DNA of 59,910 nt, filler included. It is 6 parts of 6 records of this genome, joined end to end, with 100 filler letters (N's around TTAATTAATTAA, not from the genome) between each part and the next. Parts side by side here need not be neighbours in the genome. Positions count along the whole stretch, not along the records: positions 10,188 to 16,860 come from SRR2962707_3517; positions 16,961 to 25,255 come from SRR2962707_3518; 4 more parts are not named here. One strand, given 5' to 3'. Shown piece after piece: positions 11,702-23,300 of this stretch. Below the pieces are notes generated by a model. It was not told the DNA's origin and made no database searches. It saw only the letters and a program-made list of their open reading frames with translations. The position numbers were made by a program, and so were the translations under genes. Position 1 is the stretch's first letter. The number at the start of each line of letters is the position of its first letter.

Positions 11702-12983
11702 GATCCCTGGATCTGAATTTTTTATATCCTATAATTTCATCATTGATATTGCCGGGTCTTCGATAGTAAACCAGAATCTCGTATTCATTTTCAGTGAGGA
11801 AATGGCTCCCTTCGATATGGTAAGGGGGTTTGGATGAACCTTCTAAGTGATACAGGTACTCATAATAGCCTTGCTTGAGTAGGTAATTTGTTCTGTACAT
11901 ACCATTAGCGGCATCATAGATCATCTTGTTTTCATCTGTCAACCTCCAATTATTGAATCTTCCGGTTACATACACATCTCCATCGATCTGGTCTGTCTTT
12001 AGACTGAATTGCGCATTCACATAATCTGCATTTAAGGCATTTTCTCCCACGTCATTGTTTTGGATGATATAATCACCATTGATATCCTGAAGGTTCTGAG
12101 AGTAGGTTTTATTGATTCGATCCCTATCCAGACCCAACAAAGCAGAAATATTGAAGTCTGTCACATTGAGCTTGGCCACATTTCTCCCAGTTACATTGAG
12201 CGTGCGTAGATCGGCATACCTGAACTCATTCCATCCGGGAAAGTTGGTTTTCAGATCCAGATGCTTGTAGTCGATAGAGCCCTCATTGGCACGAATCAAC
12301 GTAGGAGGAACATTTTTAATAGCTGTTCGCCAATTATGGTTCTGTAGGAGGACCGTGCTAATATCCCTGGATGGAGCATTCACAAGCAAGTTTCCATAGT
12401 TGATTGTGTATTCTATCTGATGATTTTCATCTCGTTTATCAATGGTAGTGCTTACTCTAACTAATTGGTCTATCGATGCAACAGGATTGACAACCAGAAA
12501 TTTTCGTGTCAACAAAAGATCATCCGGATTGGCCCGTCGAAATACAGCTATGATGAAGTTACCTGAGATTTTAGGTTTTGGTAGCGTGATCCTGTAATTG
12601 ATGTATGGCTGAATGGTATTGACGGAATAGTCGAAATCAGTAATCCGGCAGTTGTTGATTTCATTCACAAACTCCATATCTCTCAGATTGGATTTGGTCC
12701 AGTCTTTATTGCAATGAAAGATTTTGGCACTAAGATTTTCAAATTGATCAGTTAAAAGATCAAAAGTCAATATCAACTGACCATTGTCATACAGGTTTAC
12801 TACAGGATTTTCTATTGGATTTACCTGTCCATTCAAGATTGGAGCTATATCTACATTGCCTACGATCCCTTCATACTCATAATTATCGAAAATTACCTGT
12901 TTTTGTACGGTACTGCTTTGGGGTACCACAGGTTCACATTGTATTAGTAGAAGGCTTATTGCAATTATCAAAAGGTTCTTCAT
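11691..12983 (-). CDS. DUF5103-domain putative lipoprotein (T9SS plug-like family)
   Basis: Likely start MKNLL (12983) with lipobox-like [30 protein letters not shown] and [11 protein letters not shown] motifs; 3' end overlaps ychF by 11 nt. Confidence 0.75.
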   Translation of the reverse strand: MKNLLIIAISLLLIQCEPVVPQSSTVQKQVIFDNYEYEGIVGNVDIAPILNGQVNPIENPVVNLYDNGQLILTFDLLTDQFENLSAKIFHCNKDWTKSNLRDMEFVNEINNCRITDFDYSVNTIQPYINYRITLPKPKISGNFIIAVFRRANPDDLLLTRKFLVVNPVASIDQLVRVSTTIDKRDENHQIEYTINYGNLLVNAPSRDISTVLLQNHNWRTAIKNVPPTLIRANEGSIDYKHLDLKTNFPGWNEFRYADLRTLNVTGRNVAKLNVTDFNISALLGLDRDRINKTYSQNLQDINGDYIIQNNDVGENALNADYVNAQFSLKTDQIDGDVYVTGRFNNWRLTDENKMIYDAANGMYRTNYLLKQGYYEYLYHLEGSSKPPYHIEGSHFLTENEYEILVYYRRPGNINDEIIGYKKFRSRDPIR

Positions 12984-13053
12984 AACTTTGATAGAGGTAC
13001 AAAAGCCCAAATTAGGAATTACAACTATAATTATTGGCTTAGGGTCTATTTAA

Positions 13054-13611
13054 ATGTTAGTTAGCGAAGACAAACTGATAAAAGGGTGCCAGAAGGGCAA
13101 AAGAGAATTTCAGCAAGCGCTGTACGATAAATACTGTGATGGTATGTATCTGGTTGCTTTGAGATATTCTAAGATGCAACAAGAAGCAGAGGACATCCTT
13201 CAGGAAGCTTTTATTAAGGTCTTTAAGAATATCAAGGACTTTAGAAAGGATTCTTCGCTGGCATATTGGATCAAGCGAATAGTAGTGAATACAGCCTTAA
13301 ACCACCAAAGAAGCAAATTATACCTCTATCCGATGGTAGATGTCACTGAATTGGATCACTGGAGTGATCGTGAATCCATAATCTCAGAATTGAATCATCA
13401 TGACTTACTTGGGTTGATCAGAGAACTACCCACTGGTTGTCAGGTTATTTTCAACCTATTTGCTGTTGAAGGCTACAAGCATCATGAGATTGCCAAAATG
13501 CTTAAAATAAGCGAAGGCACTTCCAAGTCTCAATACTCAAGGGCAAAATCCCTGCTGGCAGAAAAGATTACGAATCGGGAAAGATTTAATTATGGGACCG
13601 GGGAGCTTTGA
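13054..13611 (+). CDS. ECF sigma-70 factor
   Basis: AEDILQEAFIKVF, WIKRIVVNTALN (region 2) and FNLFAVEGYKHHEIAKMLKISEGTSKSQYSRAK (region 4). Confidence 0.95.
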   Translation: MLVSEDKLIKGCQKGKREFQQALYDKYCDGMYLVALRYSKMQQEAEDILQEAFIKVFKNIKDFRKDSSLAYWIKRIVVNTALNHQRSKLYLYPMVDVTELDHWSDRESIISELNHHDLLGLIRELPTGCQVIFNLFAVEGYKHHEIAKMLKISEGTSKSQYSRAKSLLAEKITNRERFNYGTGEL

Positions 13612-14893
13612 AGATAAGATAAGGCGAAAGTTTGAGAATCAAACGTATAAGACTCCAGAGACCCTTTGGGATGGGATTGAAGGGGAGTTGAATCGAGGGT
13701 TGCTCAGCGCCTATGAAGCTTCGAATTCGAGGTACAAATGGGTAGCCGCTGCAGCTGTTTTTATTGCTATTTCCTCTTGGGCATTTCATTTCCATTCTTC
13801 AAACAGCACTACTGAATTTTCTGATTCAGGAAAAGTTTACAATGCACTTTTATCTGAAGATTTGAACTACTTCGGTTATTCACCTTCCTCTGAAGGGAAA
13901 TATAATCAGGGAATGGCTGGTAAGCAGATTGTGTTTATTGACGCAAGACCAGTAATTGAAGAAGAAACTGAGCAAGACAATAGTGTCGATTTAACTGAGT
14001 CGTTTTATGTGACCAATCAAGCGGAATCGAAAAAGCTTCAGCTTGCCACAGTACCCCTTAGCAACAAGATATATCCGTATCATAAGGCGGGCTACTATTC
14101 CAGGAATTCTCAAACCAATAGTGATGGAACGAAGCTATGGGCTGGAGTTGAGGCGGGGGCGGGAAATTTCAATTCAACACTCAATGGAACGGATGGGATT
14201 GCTGGCAGTGTTAATTCTCTCAATCTCGCCAATGCAATAGGAACTGATGGTTTTGTCAATCCAACCACAGTTGTCAATCCACAAATCAACAACGGCATTG
14301 CAACAACAATTGGGGTGGATTTTGGTCTGAAGTTGGGTTCTAAATGGACATTGGAAAGTGGCATAGCCTATACAAATGTCGATTCAAGAGGATCGGCATC
14401 TATTAATGTGCTTGATGTCTATACCATCAATAACAACAGTTTGAGTGACGCAAACGGTAGCCTACTTTCAGGTTCACCAACAATTCCAAGTGATGGTTCA
14501 AGAGAAGCGCCATTGGAAATCAGCGAATCTTTCGATCATGAAGTTGACCTAAAAAACACAGTGAGATTCACCTCAATTCCTATAAAAGCAGGCTACTTCA
14601 TTGTCGATAGAAAAGTTTCACTAAGAATCAATGCTGGTGTTGCAGCAAATTACCTGATGGGAAGCCAGCTCAATGATCCTTCCCGTGGAATCATCAGCAG
14701 CAATCAAAGCGATCTTTACAATGATTGGTCGTTTGACGGGGTAGGAGGCTTTGAACTTGGTTATGCGTTATTCAATAAGTTCGATTTGACTCTTGAGCCA
14801 AACTATCGTCACTCGATTACACCGATCAGCAATTCTCAATCATCTCCTTCCAGATTTGTGATTCAAACAGGGCTGAGATATACGCTTAAATAG
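13592..14893 (+). CDS. Putative anti-sigma factor with C-terminal outer-membrane beta-barrel (PorT/OMP_b-brl-like)
   Basis: Overlaps the sigma gene. N-terminal FEDKIRRKF...PETLWDGIE, one TM (WVAAAAVFIAISSWAF), amphipathic strands (TSIPIKAGY, LEPNYRH, IQTGLRY). Confidence 0.7.
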   Translation: MGPGSFEDKIRRKFENQTYKTPETLWDGIEGELNRGLLSAYEASNSRYKWVAAAAVFIAISSWAFHFHSSNSTTEFSDSGKVYNALLSEDLNYFGYSPSSEGKYNQGMAGKQIVFIDARPVIEEETEQDNSVDLTESFYVTNQAESKKLQLATVPLSNKIYPYHKAGYYSRNSQTNSDGTKLWAGVEAGAGNFNSTLNGTDGIAGSVNSLNLANAIGTDGFVNPTTVVNPQINNGIATTIGVDFGLKLGSKWTLESGIAYTNVDSRGSASINVLDVYTINNNSLSDANGSLLSGSPTIPSDGSREAPLEISESFDHEVDLKNTVRFTSIPIKAGYFIVDRKVSLRINAGVAANYLMGSQLNDPSRGIISSNQSDLYNDWSFDGVGGFELGYALFNKFDLTLEPNYRHSITPISNSQSSPSRFVIQTGLRYTLK

Positions 14894-15020
14894 CCATCTA
14901 TCTATAAAATTGGGTGGTTCACATAATCAATGTAACCGTTTAAATGATTAGGAGTATCCAATTAAGATACGGCATTCGGAGATTTGCCGAATTCTTTACT
15001 AGTCAACTAACTCGTAATCC

Positions 15021-16860
15021 ATGCACTTCAAAGTAGGACTGACCTTCCTATTCACCCTATCATTGTGCTTTTTGGTAAAAGCCCAGGAAGAGAATCTTCC
15101 TGAAAAAAAATCTTATACGACAGCCAGGTTAAAAGGTGAGATTATTATTGATGGTCTCCTTGATGAGGAAGCGTGGAATCAGGTGGAGTGGGGTGGTGAT
15201 TTCGTTGGTCATACTCCAGAATTTAATGTAGAGCCCTCACAGGAAACACAATTTAAAATCCTCTATGATGCTAAATATCTGTACGTAGGCATTCGAGCTT
15301 TCGATACCGAACCAGAGAAAATTGTAAAAAGAATGTCAAGGAGAGATGGCTTTGACGGAGATTTTGTGGAAATCAACATCGATAGCTACAATGATAAGCG
15401 TACTGCATTTTCGTTCACCGCATCGGTTTCCGGGGTTAAAGGCGATGAATATGTCTCCAATAATGGGGACAATTGGGATAGTACATGGGACCCGATTTGG
15501 TATTTAAGAACAAGTGTTGATGATTTGGGATGGATTGCTGAATTCAAGATTCCATTATCACAACTTCGATTCGCTAATCAGGAGACACATACTTGGGGAA
15601 TACAATTTACGCGTCGATTTTTCAGAAACGAAGAGCGATCTACATGGCAAGGAGTCGATCCCAATGCACCAGGATGGGTTCATTTGTTTGGGGAGCTGAA
15701 TGGAATTGAAGGGATAAAACCTCAAAAGCAACTTGAGATTCAACCTTATGTTTTGGCTTCCACCCAGAAATATCCAAAAGAAGAAGAAAATCCTTTTAGA
15801 AGTTCAGGTAAAGAAAATACTGCCAATGTAGGTCTGGATGCTAAAATTGGAATTACTTCAGATATTACGTTGGACTTGACTGTTAACCCGGATTTTGGGC
15901 AAGTGGATGCGGACCCCTCCACCGTTAACCTGTCAGCGTTTCAGCTATTTTTTAGAGAAAGAAGGCCTTTCTTTTTGGAGGGGAGTAGTTTATTAACCTT
16001 CCCTACAAGCGGTGATATTCACAATCTGTTCTATTCCCGACGGATCGGAGGAAGACCTCATGGCAGCCCTGAGGATATTGATTACATCGACTACCCGAAT
16101 CAGACAAGGATACTGGGTGCCGCTAAGGTTACTGGAAAGAATGCTAAAGGATTTTCATGGGGGATACTGGAGTCAGTTACAAATAGAGAGAAGGCAGATG
16201 TCCAGTATACAAATGGGGCCAGGGGAGAGGAAATTGTGGAGCCATATACCAACTTTTTAGTTGGACGAGCACAACAAGATATTCAAGGAGGTAAGACGGT
16301 TGTGGGAGCTATGGTCACACATCTGAAGCGGTTCGATAATAATATCAACGGACTGGACTTACTTCATGATAATGCCGTAAGTGCAGGGGTTGATCTGAAC
16401 CACAACTTCAAAGACCGAAAATATGGAATGGAATTGAAGTTTATGATGAGTAGGGTTCAAGGTTCGCAAGGATCAATCTACCAGACACAAACATCATCAG
16501 TTAGGTTTTTCCAACGACCAAATAATTTTCATAAAGAGGTGGATTCAACCAGAAGGGAGCTGCTTGGTAGTGCGGCTACCATTTCTTTTGGAAAACGAAG
16601 TGGTAATTGGCGCTGGACCGTAGGATCAAACTACAGATCACCTGAGCTGGCATTGAATGACATAGGCTTTTTGGTAAATACAGACAATATCAATAATTGG
16701 TTTTGGACGCAGTATCGAGTTAACAAGCTGGTTGGTCCGTTCAGGTGGCAGAACTATAATTTCTTCGCTGAGCAATTCATGGATTTTGGTGGGGTGACGA
16801 CAAGTAGAGGGATGAATTTCAATATGAATTGGCAGTTTAAGAACTACTGGGGTTTTAATC
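15021..16860 (+). CDS. DUF5916 / CBM9-like outer-membrane protein (3' partial)
   Basis: Signal peptide; IDGLLDEEAW, WIAEFKIPLSQLRF, LDLTVNPDFGQVDAD, ERRPFFLEG, FYSRRIG; runs into the contig end. Confidence 0.85.
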
Positions 16861-16960
16861 NNNNNNNNNNNNNNNNNNNNNNNNNNNNNNNNNNNNNNNN
16901 NNNNTTAATTAATTAANNNNNNNNNNNNNNNNNNNNNNNNNNNNNNNNNNNNNNNNNNNN
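16861..16960. other. Artificial contig linker
   Basis: N-run, TTAATTAATTAA, N-run. Confidence 0.97.
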
Positions 16961-16961
16961 G

Positions 16962-19900
16962 GAAGAGGAGGAGGAGGAGGAGGAGGAGGGTGACGAAGAA
17001 GAAGCCGAAGGTGCAGGCTTTGACGCTGCTGCTAATGCTGCTAATGCAAGCGATGATGAGGATGAGAATGATGATGTCGAGGAGGACCCTGATTGGCTGG
17101 AAGAGGAGGTGAGTTCGTCTGATGCCGAGGATGTCGAGCCCAGCGTTCTGGACACTTTCAAGCGAGATCGCACAGGTGGTGGCAGCGCTGCAGGAGGAGA
17201 TCGGCAGGCGCGGGCGCGGAGTGCGACAACAAACTCAAAACGTCCCAGGAATCAGAACCGCCGCACGGTAAGCACCAAAATGAAAGCAGCCGCCCCTGCT
17301 GGGAGAACTCACAGCAGCAGCGTCGTTGGGCAGAAGGGTCGTGGAGGGGCTTTGAGCGTCAGCATCGAAATAGGCGATGACAGTGATAGCAGTGACGACG
17401 ACGACGACGAGGATAATTTGCCACTCACTGAGGTGCTGGCGAGGATGCGGCGGAAGCAAAAACTCAAGTCATCTCAACCTTCAAATGCAGCGAGCACAAC
17501 GGGTACGGCGGTTGCTGCTGACCAAGACGACACAATAGACCTTGTGGAAGAAAGGGTTCCACGAAAAGCGAAAGTGAAAGCGCAGCAAAGCCTTGACCGG
17601 GACCGGTTGTGCAGGGAAAAGCTTCAGCTCCAGGGAATTAGTCGAAGAGATGCATTGGGCACGGATGGTACTGAGTTTCGCGTGACCACGATAGTTAGCA
17701 GCGATACCATCGCCTCAGAATCGTTGGCTCCAAAGGCTCAAGTCGTTGCCAAAGAAAGCCAGTCTCTTTTGATGCGGGAGATTCAAGATGCTCGAACTTC
17801 TTCGAAACGCCGCGTCAACGAAGAGAGAAGATCATCATCTGCAGTAACGACGCTCAGCGGCAGCGCTGCAGTTCCACGGCCCAAGCAACCACGTACCCAC
17901 TACAAAGGTCACCATCTGATTGCCGAAGAATCTACCTCTTCGCGACGACAACCAGCTTCTCGACTGTCGCAAAGAACCCAAACGAAAGTACGCCACTCCA
18001 CTCGAACTGTACGGAAACTTCTTGAAGATCTCGCAATTGAGCGTGTGAACAGTGACTCCAGAACCCGGTCTCAGGGCAGCGAGCTCCCCAATGAGAACGT
18101 CGTGAGACCAATCTCGGAGTCTAGTGGCGACACCACCACCGAAGCTTCGGACCCTGCAGCACAAGCTTTTGCTGGCGTTGACGAATCGGCCAAAGTTTCT
18201 TTTTCGGAACTTCGCAACGTTTCCGTGTTGTATGGAACCACCAGTCCACCTCATGCTGCCATCATGATAGACAAGCTCCTCCGAAACGAGGTTTTTCCTG
18301 CAGCAGCATCTTGTACAGCAGTTGATAGATCATACCTGTGGTGGGATGATTGTTCCATCATCTGTCCCTGGTTAAAAGCAGTTTCCCCGCCTCTTGCTGG
18401 ATCGGATGCCTCTCGAAGCGCTAAGATGTCCAGTTGCTGCTTCCCTGCTTTATCGCAATTCCTTCGAGAAATCGTGGCCCTGATGGTTCCTGAACCAACC
18501 TCCCAAAATATCCATTCAATCAAAGACACGTGTTCGCTTCTGCTGCATCAGTTCATTGATGCGGCGAAACCCGTTGCAGCACAGTTGTCGGCAGCTTGTA
18601 CTTTTGCTGCACTGCAGTCATCTCAATCCACCACCAAAATTGCTGGCATTTTGCGCGAACTTGAAAACAGTCTCCTGACACCGTGCTTTTCGGCGTACTC
18701 CCAGCTTGGACTAAGAATCCATCAACGGACTGCCAGGGGACTTGGCGGTAACGAATACGACGCCATTGAGGATTCATTCTACAAGTTCCTGGATACAGTG
18801 TTTGCATACGCATGCCATTGGTTGCTTGTGGTGCGAAGTTTTGTTCATGGATGCGGCCGAGACAACTCAAGCAGCACTGAGTCTCATACGCCACCAGTAA
18901 ACCCTGCGGTCAAGGGCGCTTTGGACGATCAAGGTCTATATTTTGCCATTGTGGAACGGCTTTGTCGGCGCATATTCGGTGATGCCATCAACAATCGAAG
19001 CTATCAAATTTTAGCAAGTCTACGGGATGCTGAGAATGTTTCATCCAACTCTTTCCTCTGCGATACAGGCCGACGGGTGGCCATGCTTTTGTGGCATGCT
19101 TTGTCGTGTTTGAGTTCGTGCATATCCGTTGGGGATGAAGTGCTTGTTGTGCCTCGTGCCGACAAGCGCAATGATGCTGGCACTACAGCCAGCAGCAGTC
19201 ATGACAACCACAGGTTCTTGGTTGTTGCCATTGACCCGTGGAACGACACTGGACCCGTGCGGCTCGTAAGCCGAGAAAGTGCGTCTACCAACAATGCAAG
19301 CCGAGTCGAAACGAACGTACAATTCCAAGACTGCACAATTGTGGAGAGCCTTCGTTGGCAACATGTTTTATGTCATGTTGAGAGCGAGGTTTGGCAGTTC
19401 TTGATAGAGGCGGCGACGTCTGGCTCTGATTTTGGCCCCACTGCAGAAGTTCCAAATGCGCACGTTGGCACCAAATTGGATGCATGCTGGAAGCTGTGCG
19501 TGGACATTGTCACCCCCTTCGGACCGCCGTTCAGATCTGTGCAGGTATTGGCTTGGATGTTTTCATCTCACATTAGTGCCGCACTTGTGAAGGCGCAGTT
19601 GTATAGACGTGAAGCTCTGGACAGAACTTTGTTTTCAATCGATGCTGCTCCTGACCACCTTAAACTGCCGTCGACCTTACTCTCTCTCCGCAAACACGCA
19701 TGCACACTTCTGAGAGCCAACGATGGTTCTCGAACAACAAGTGGCGGCATTGCATCGCGAGCCCCCACTGAAGCGCCAGACGCGTTGTGGCGGCGATGTC
19801 TTCAGCGATGTGGACGCATCTTAGCTTCAGTGAGTTGCTTACGCGACTGGTTGGATTTGGGGTCTCGAAAGGAGCTGTTGGTCTCACTTGCTGTCGGGCT

Positions 19901-20237
19901 TCACGATTTCGTCGTCCGCGACCGAAGTGGAGGTGGCAATGCCGATGACAATGAAGTCATCAACGTCCACAGCAAACGGGCGATGCAAAAACTGGATAAT
20001 GTGCGGCGTGTGCTTTCCGAGGGCGAAGCTGCAGTGCATCTGTCGGGGAATGAAGTGCCCCAGGTGGTTGTTGAACTTGACGGAATTCTTGCGGTGCTTG
20101 CCAAATGGCAGCGCGTTGACAGGACACCACGTCGTTTGCTTAGCCCAGATGCTCGAACGCTGGCCGTTGTATTGGGCAACAATGAAGGTGAAGACAGCGA
20201 GAGTGACCACAGTGACGAGTCATCTCAGGAGTACTAA
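16962..20237 (+). CDS. Eukaryotic hypothetical protein, >1090 aa, 5' partial, apparently intronless
   Basis: Frame is open from the contig edge (poly-Glu GAG run) to TAA at 20237. Acidic/basic disordered N-half, helical Leu/Cys-rich C-half; no family recognised. Confidence 0.7.
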   Translation, partial: EEEEEEEEEGDEEEAEGAGFDAAANAANASDDEDENDDVEEDPDWLEEEVSSSDAEDVEPSVLDTFKRDRTGGGSAAGGDRQARARSATTNSKRPRNQNRRTVSTKMKAAAPAGRTHSSSVVGQKGRGGALSVSIEIGDDSDSSDDDDDEDNLPLTEVLARMRRKQKLKSSQPSNAASTTGTAVAADQDDTIDLVEERVPRKAKVKAQQSLDRDRLCREKLQLQGISRRDALGTDGTEFRVTTIVSSDTIASESLAPKAQVVAKESQSLLMREIQDARTSSKRRVNEERRSSSAVTTLSGSAAVPRPKQPRTHYKGHHLIAEESTSSRRQPASRLSQRTQTKVRHSTRTVRKLLEDLAIERVNSDSRTRSQGSELPNENVVRPISESSGDTTTEASDPAAQAFAGVDESAKVSFSELRNVSVLYGTTSPPHAAIMIDKLLRNEVFPAAASCTAVDRSYLWWDDCSIICPWLKAVSPPLAGSDASRSAKMSSCCFPALSQFLREIVALMVPEPTSQNIHSIKDTCSLLLHQFIDAAKPVAAQLSAACTFAALQSSQSTTKIAGILRELENSLLTPCFSAYSQLGLRIHQRTARGLGGNEYDAIEDSFYKFLDTVFAYACHWLLVVRSFVHGCGRDNSSSTESHTPPVNPAVKGALDDQGLYFAIVERLCRRIFGDAINNRSYQILASLRDAENVSSNSFLCDTGRRVAMLLWHALSCLSSCISVGDEVLVVPRADKRNDAGTTASSSHDNHRFLVVAIDPWNDTGPVRLVSRESASTNNASRVETNVQFQDCTIVESLRWQHVLCHVESEVWQFLIEAATSGSDFGPTAEVPNAHVGTKLDACWKLCVDIVTPFGPPFRSVQVLAWMFSSHISAALVKAQLYRREALDRTLFSIDAAPDHLKLPSTLLSLRKHACTLLRANDGSRTTSGGIASRAPTEAPDALWRRCLQRCGRILASVSCLRDWLDLGSRKELLVSLAVGLHDFVVRDRSGGGNADDNEVINVHSKRAMQKLDNVRRVLSEGEAAVHLSGNEVPQVVVELDGILAVLAKWQRVDRTPRRLLSPDARTLAVVLGNNEGEDSESDHSDESSQEY

Positions 20238-20377
20238 CTAGCAGAATTGGTTACTAAAACGAAAACGAATGGCCTGTGCTTTCGACATGCACGATATTGG
20301 ATCTCGTCTAGCGCAGCATAACTTTAAGAGCAGGAGCCCTGTTTTCCTACGAAAAAATCAGCAAAACTTGCATTGTT

Positions 20378-23300
20378 TCAAGAGTTGTCCGCCACACAGC
20401 GGAATCCAGTGCCGCCATTTCGGTCCATAGAGTCTGACAAGAGAAGGATGGTGTTGTGTTGCGTCAATTTGTATGCCTGCGGAAAGTACCACATGCTGCC
20501 CATTGGCCTGGAAAACACCACAGCAGCACAAATTTTGCAATTGTGACAACACCCGCGACACCAATTTAACCGCAAAAACCCACACAATGAAAGCATTTGA
20601 TTGCGTACCGCCACCAGTGCCCTCCGCGCACAATGCCACGGCAAGTGTGGAAGTCGCAGTACTCTTCGGTCCATTGCCAAATGTGACCGACAAGCTCTTC
20701 TACTCCAAACGTCGATGATCCATTCGGGTACATGCCAACGTCCACAGGATCCCCCATGCTTTTCGCGGTCACAACACGTGGGACACGGGAAGCATCCCAC
20801 TGGTCGCCCCACGGGTATTTGAGTGAGGCGTTGCCACCTTGAGCTGCAAATTGCCACTCATAATCACGTGGGAGGCTTCAGTTGACCATCGCCAGTGCCG
20901 AGTGTCATGCAGAAACACATCCGCACAACATACATGCAAAAATCATCCGCAAGGCTTGGGCTTTTGCGAAAAACAATGTGCAAACCGGTGCGATGTGCTT
21001 GCGTGTGTCGACACAAAGGATCAACTCACCGTTTGCCGTAAAACGCGCAGTACCGCCGCGCATCATTCATGGACACCCATCGCACGGGCTGCTGCTCTGT
21101 CCCCGCGACAGGAACTTTCTTCGGATCGTTGACCGCGCGCTTGGCGCCAAAAAGCATCTTCGACGTCGTCCAATGGTTCAAGAAATTTTGCTCACTCTGC
21201 CCGTCTGCTAGACTCGGAGCCCCAGCCGCAGTTTGATTTCCCGGCCACCAGCCACTTTGCTGTAAGAAAGTCAGGAACTGGGCGTTGGTCACGGGATGAC
21301 GGTCCATTTCGAAACCATCCGTGTCCTCCTTCGGAAGCACCTCCACCAGTGAGCGTGGCTCGTGGAGGCGGGTTGGTCGGTCTTCCCAGGGGTATTGCAC
21401 GTCAGGCTGCATACTCTCGCTCACGCCCGGGAATCCATGCCAGCCCTCCACCTGCACACCCTGTGTTGCGAAGGTGTAGGTTCCGAACGCAGGAACAGAC
21501 ACCGTATCATTTTGATCAGTTCGACCACCTGTAACGAAACGAAAATGCATATCCAGAAAAAATCAAGCTCGCGCCTGTCGACCAAGTTCGTCAGTGACAA
21601 AGAAAAAGCGAACGTGGGCATTGCGCATTGACACGTACCAAAAGGCAGCTCAGGGGCCACCACGAATTCTTGCTGGGGCTGCGGGATCGACTGGAAGTTG
21701 AACGAAGACAGCGATCTACCGCCCACAAGAGCAGCTTGAGACGACAAGAAGCTCTCCAGACCAGGGGCCGCATCACCGCCACTGCAGCCTGTTCGCAAAA
21801 CCTACCCAGGCAAGCAATCAAGTCAACACAATGTTCCAGCACGTAAAGCCTGGCCTATTACGCTGGCAATACCAAAGAATCAGGCTCATAATCATACCGC
21901 ACTGTAGTCCATTGGGTCGATTGTTAAATTGAACGTAGCACGGCCTTGATCGTGGACCACACGGTCTGTAATATTGTTTCCAAGGTACAGATCATAATAA
22001 CAGGCACCATCCCCAACACTCGCATCGGTGAACAACGCGACGTCGGCGTTGACGTCGGTGCCCCGGGCACGGCGATTGACGGTCAGCCAAAGTCGGTCAT
22101 TGCGACTGAAGCCAGGAATTCCGTCAAATCGCGACGCTACGACAGCATCGGCAGCAAACTCGGAACCTATCACATCCGTGGTGAAAGGCGACCACGCTCC
22201 TCCAATGGTTAAGTTCAGAGATGACACAAATGTCAGGAGAGGTCGGATGCGGCGTAGCGCCTCCCCATCTCCCTCATTGACCTAGCACAAGATTGTGACA
22301 GTTGCGATGCAGGATGAATGAGCAGGAAATTGCTCAGAAATAGTGCAAATTAGATCTACAGGTGTTTCGGGAAAAGTGGCATCGCTCACAGACCTCATTG
22401 AATACTCCCCACACGTTTTCCCACGGGACAAAGCCCCGTCCCATAAAAAAAGCATGCTGCAGCCCATTCACATGCTGGCGTGCCCAACGCTCACAAATTT
22501 GGGCATGATGAGCTTCCACGAGGAACGAATATCTGCAGTTTGCGCGGGTTCGTTTTGGCATGAAAAGGTTAAACTATGGTCGCACCAGGCATTGATGCAA
22601 CCACTTTTCGTGGATTCAACATACTTGGATGGAATAGGCAAGTGAGCCACCCCTTCCCACGGGATGTCGTCAGTCTTGGGCCCAGCGTACGGAAGATAGG
22701 CCCAACTGAGCGTGTTGAACCTAAGTAATGCAAGAGTGAGAACCAGCCAAGCGCTATGCTATCAGCTCAAACACACTCACACATTCTTGCTTCGTTCGGC
22801 ACATCGTGCGGCCCGAGACGAATAGCAGAAAACGCATCGCTCAACAAATACGCACGTGATATTTCCCAACCAATTTAACTCCCCAAACCCAAGCTCTGGC
22901 TGTAAAGCAACTGGATAGTCGATACGTTCTGCTTCTGCCCACCACTCTTCAGCCATGCCATTCATAGTGTCACCATTTGCTCCATCTGCCCCGACGGCCT
23001 TGATAAGGTCCACGACTCGCCGAGAGTCAGGCATAGGCTGCGCTGCAGGCCGTGTTCCTGCAACATGGCATTGCAACACTTTACCATTGCAGACGGAACT
23101 GACTCACGACTGATACTTGTCAGGACCAATGCGCCGAGTCAATGCCAAACAATTTCTCGAACATGCGCACCAGAGTCCCAAGGGTTGTAGGAGAGCAACA
23201 CTTTGACTCCTGCATCATGAAATTCTGAAACAACTTCTTTCATCGCAGGAACACTCCCTAGAAGAGCAACGGAGCCGACGTGGTGTCAGAGCCGGAATAG

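Noticed and set aside
10188..16860. Apparent horizontal transfer of bacterial gene blocks into a eukaryotic genome (also 47399-59910)
   Set aside because: Bacterial blocks are separate contigs bounded by linkers; no physical linkage is shown.
20378..21550. Calling the FGE domain a true formylglycine-generating enzyme (SUMF1)
   Set aside because: The catalytic Cys pair after RGG is absent; only the fold motifs are retained.
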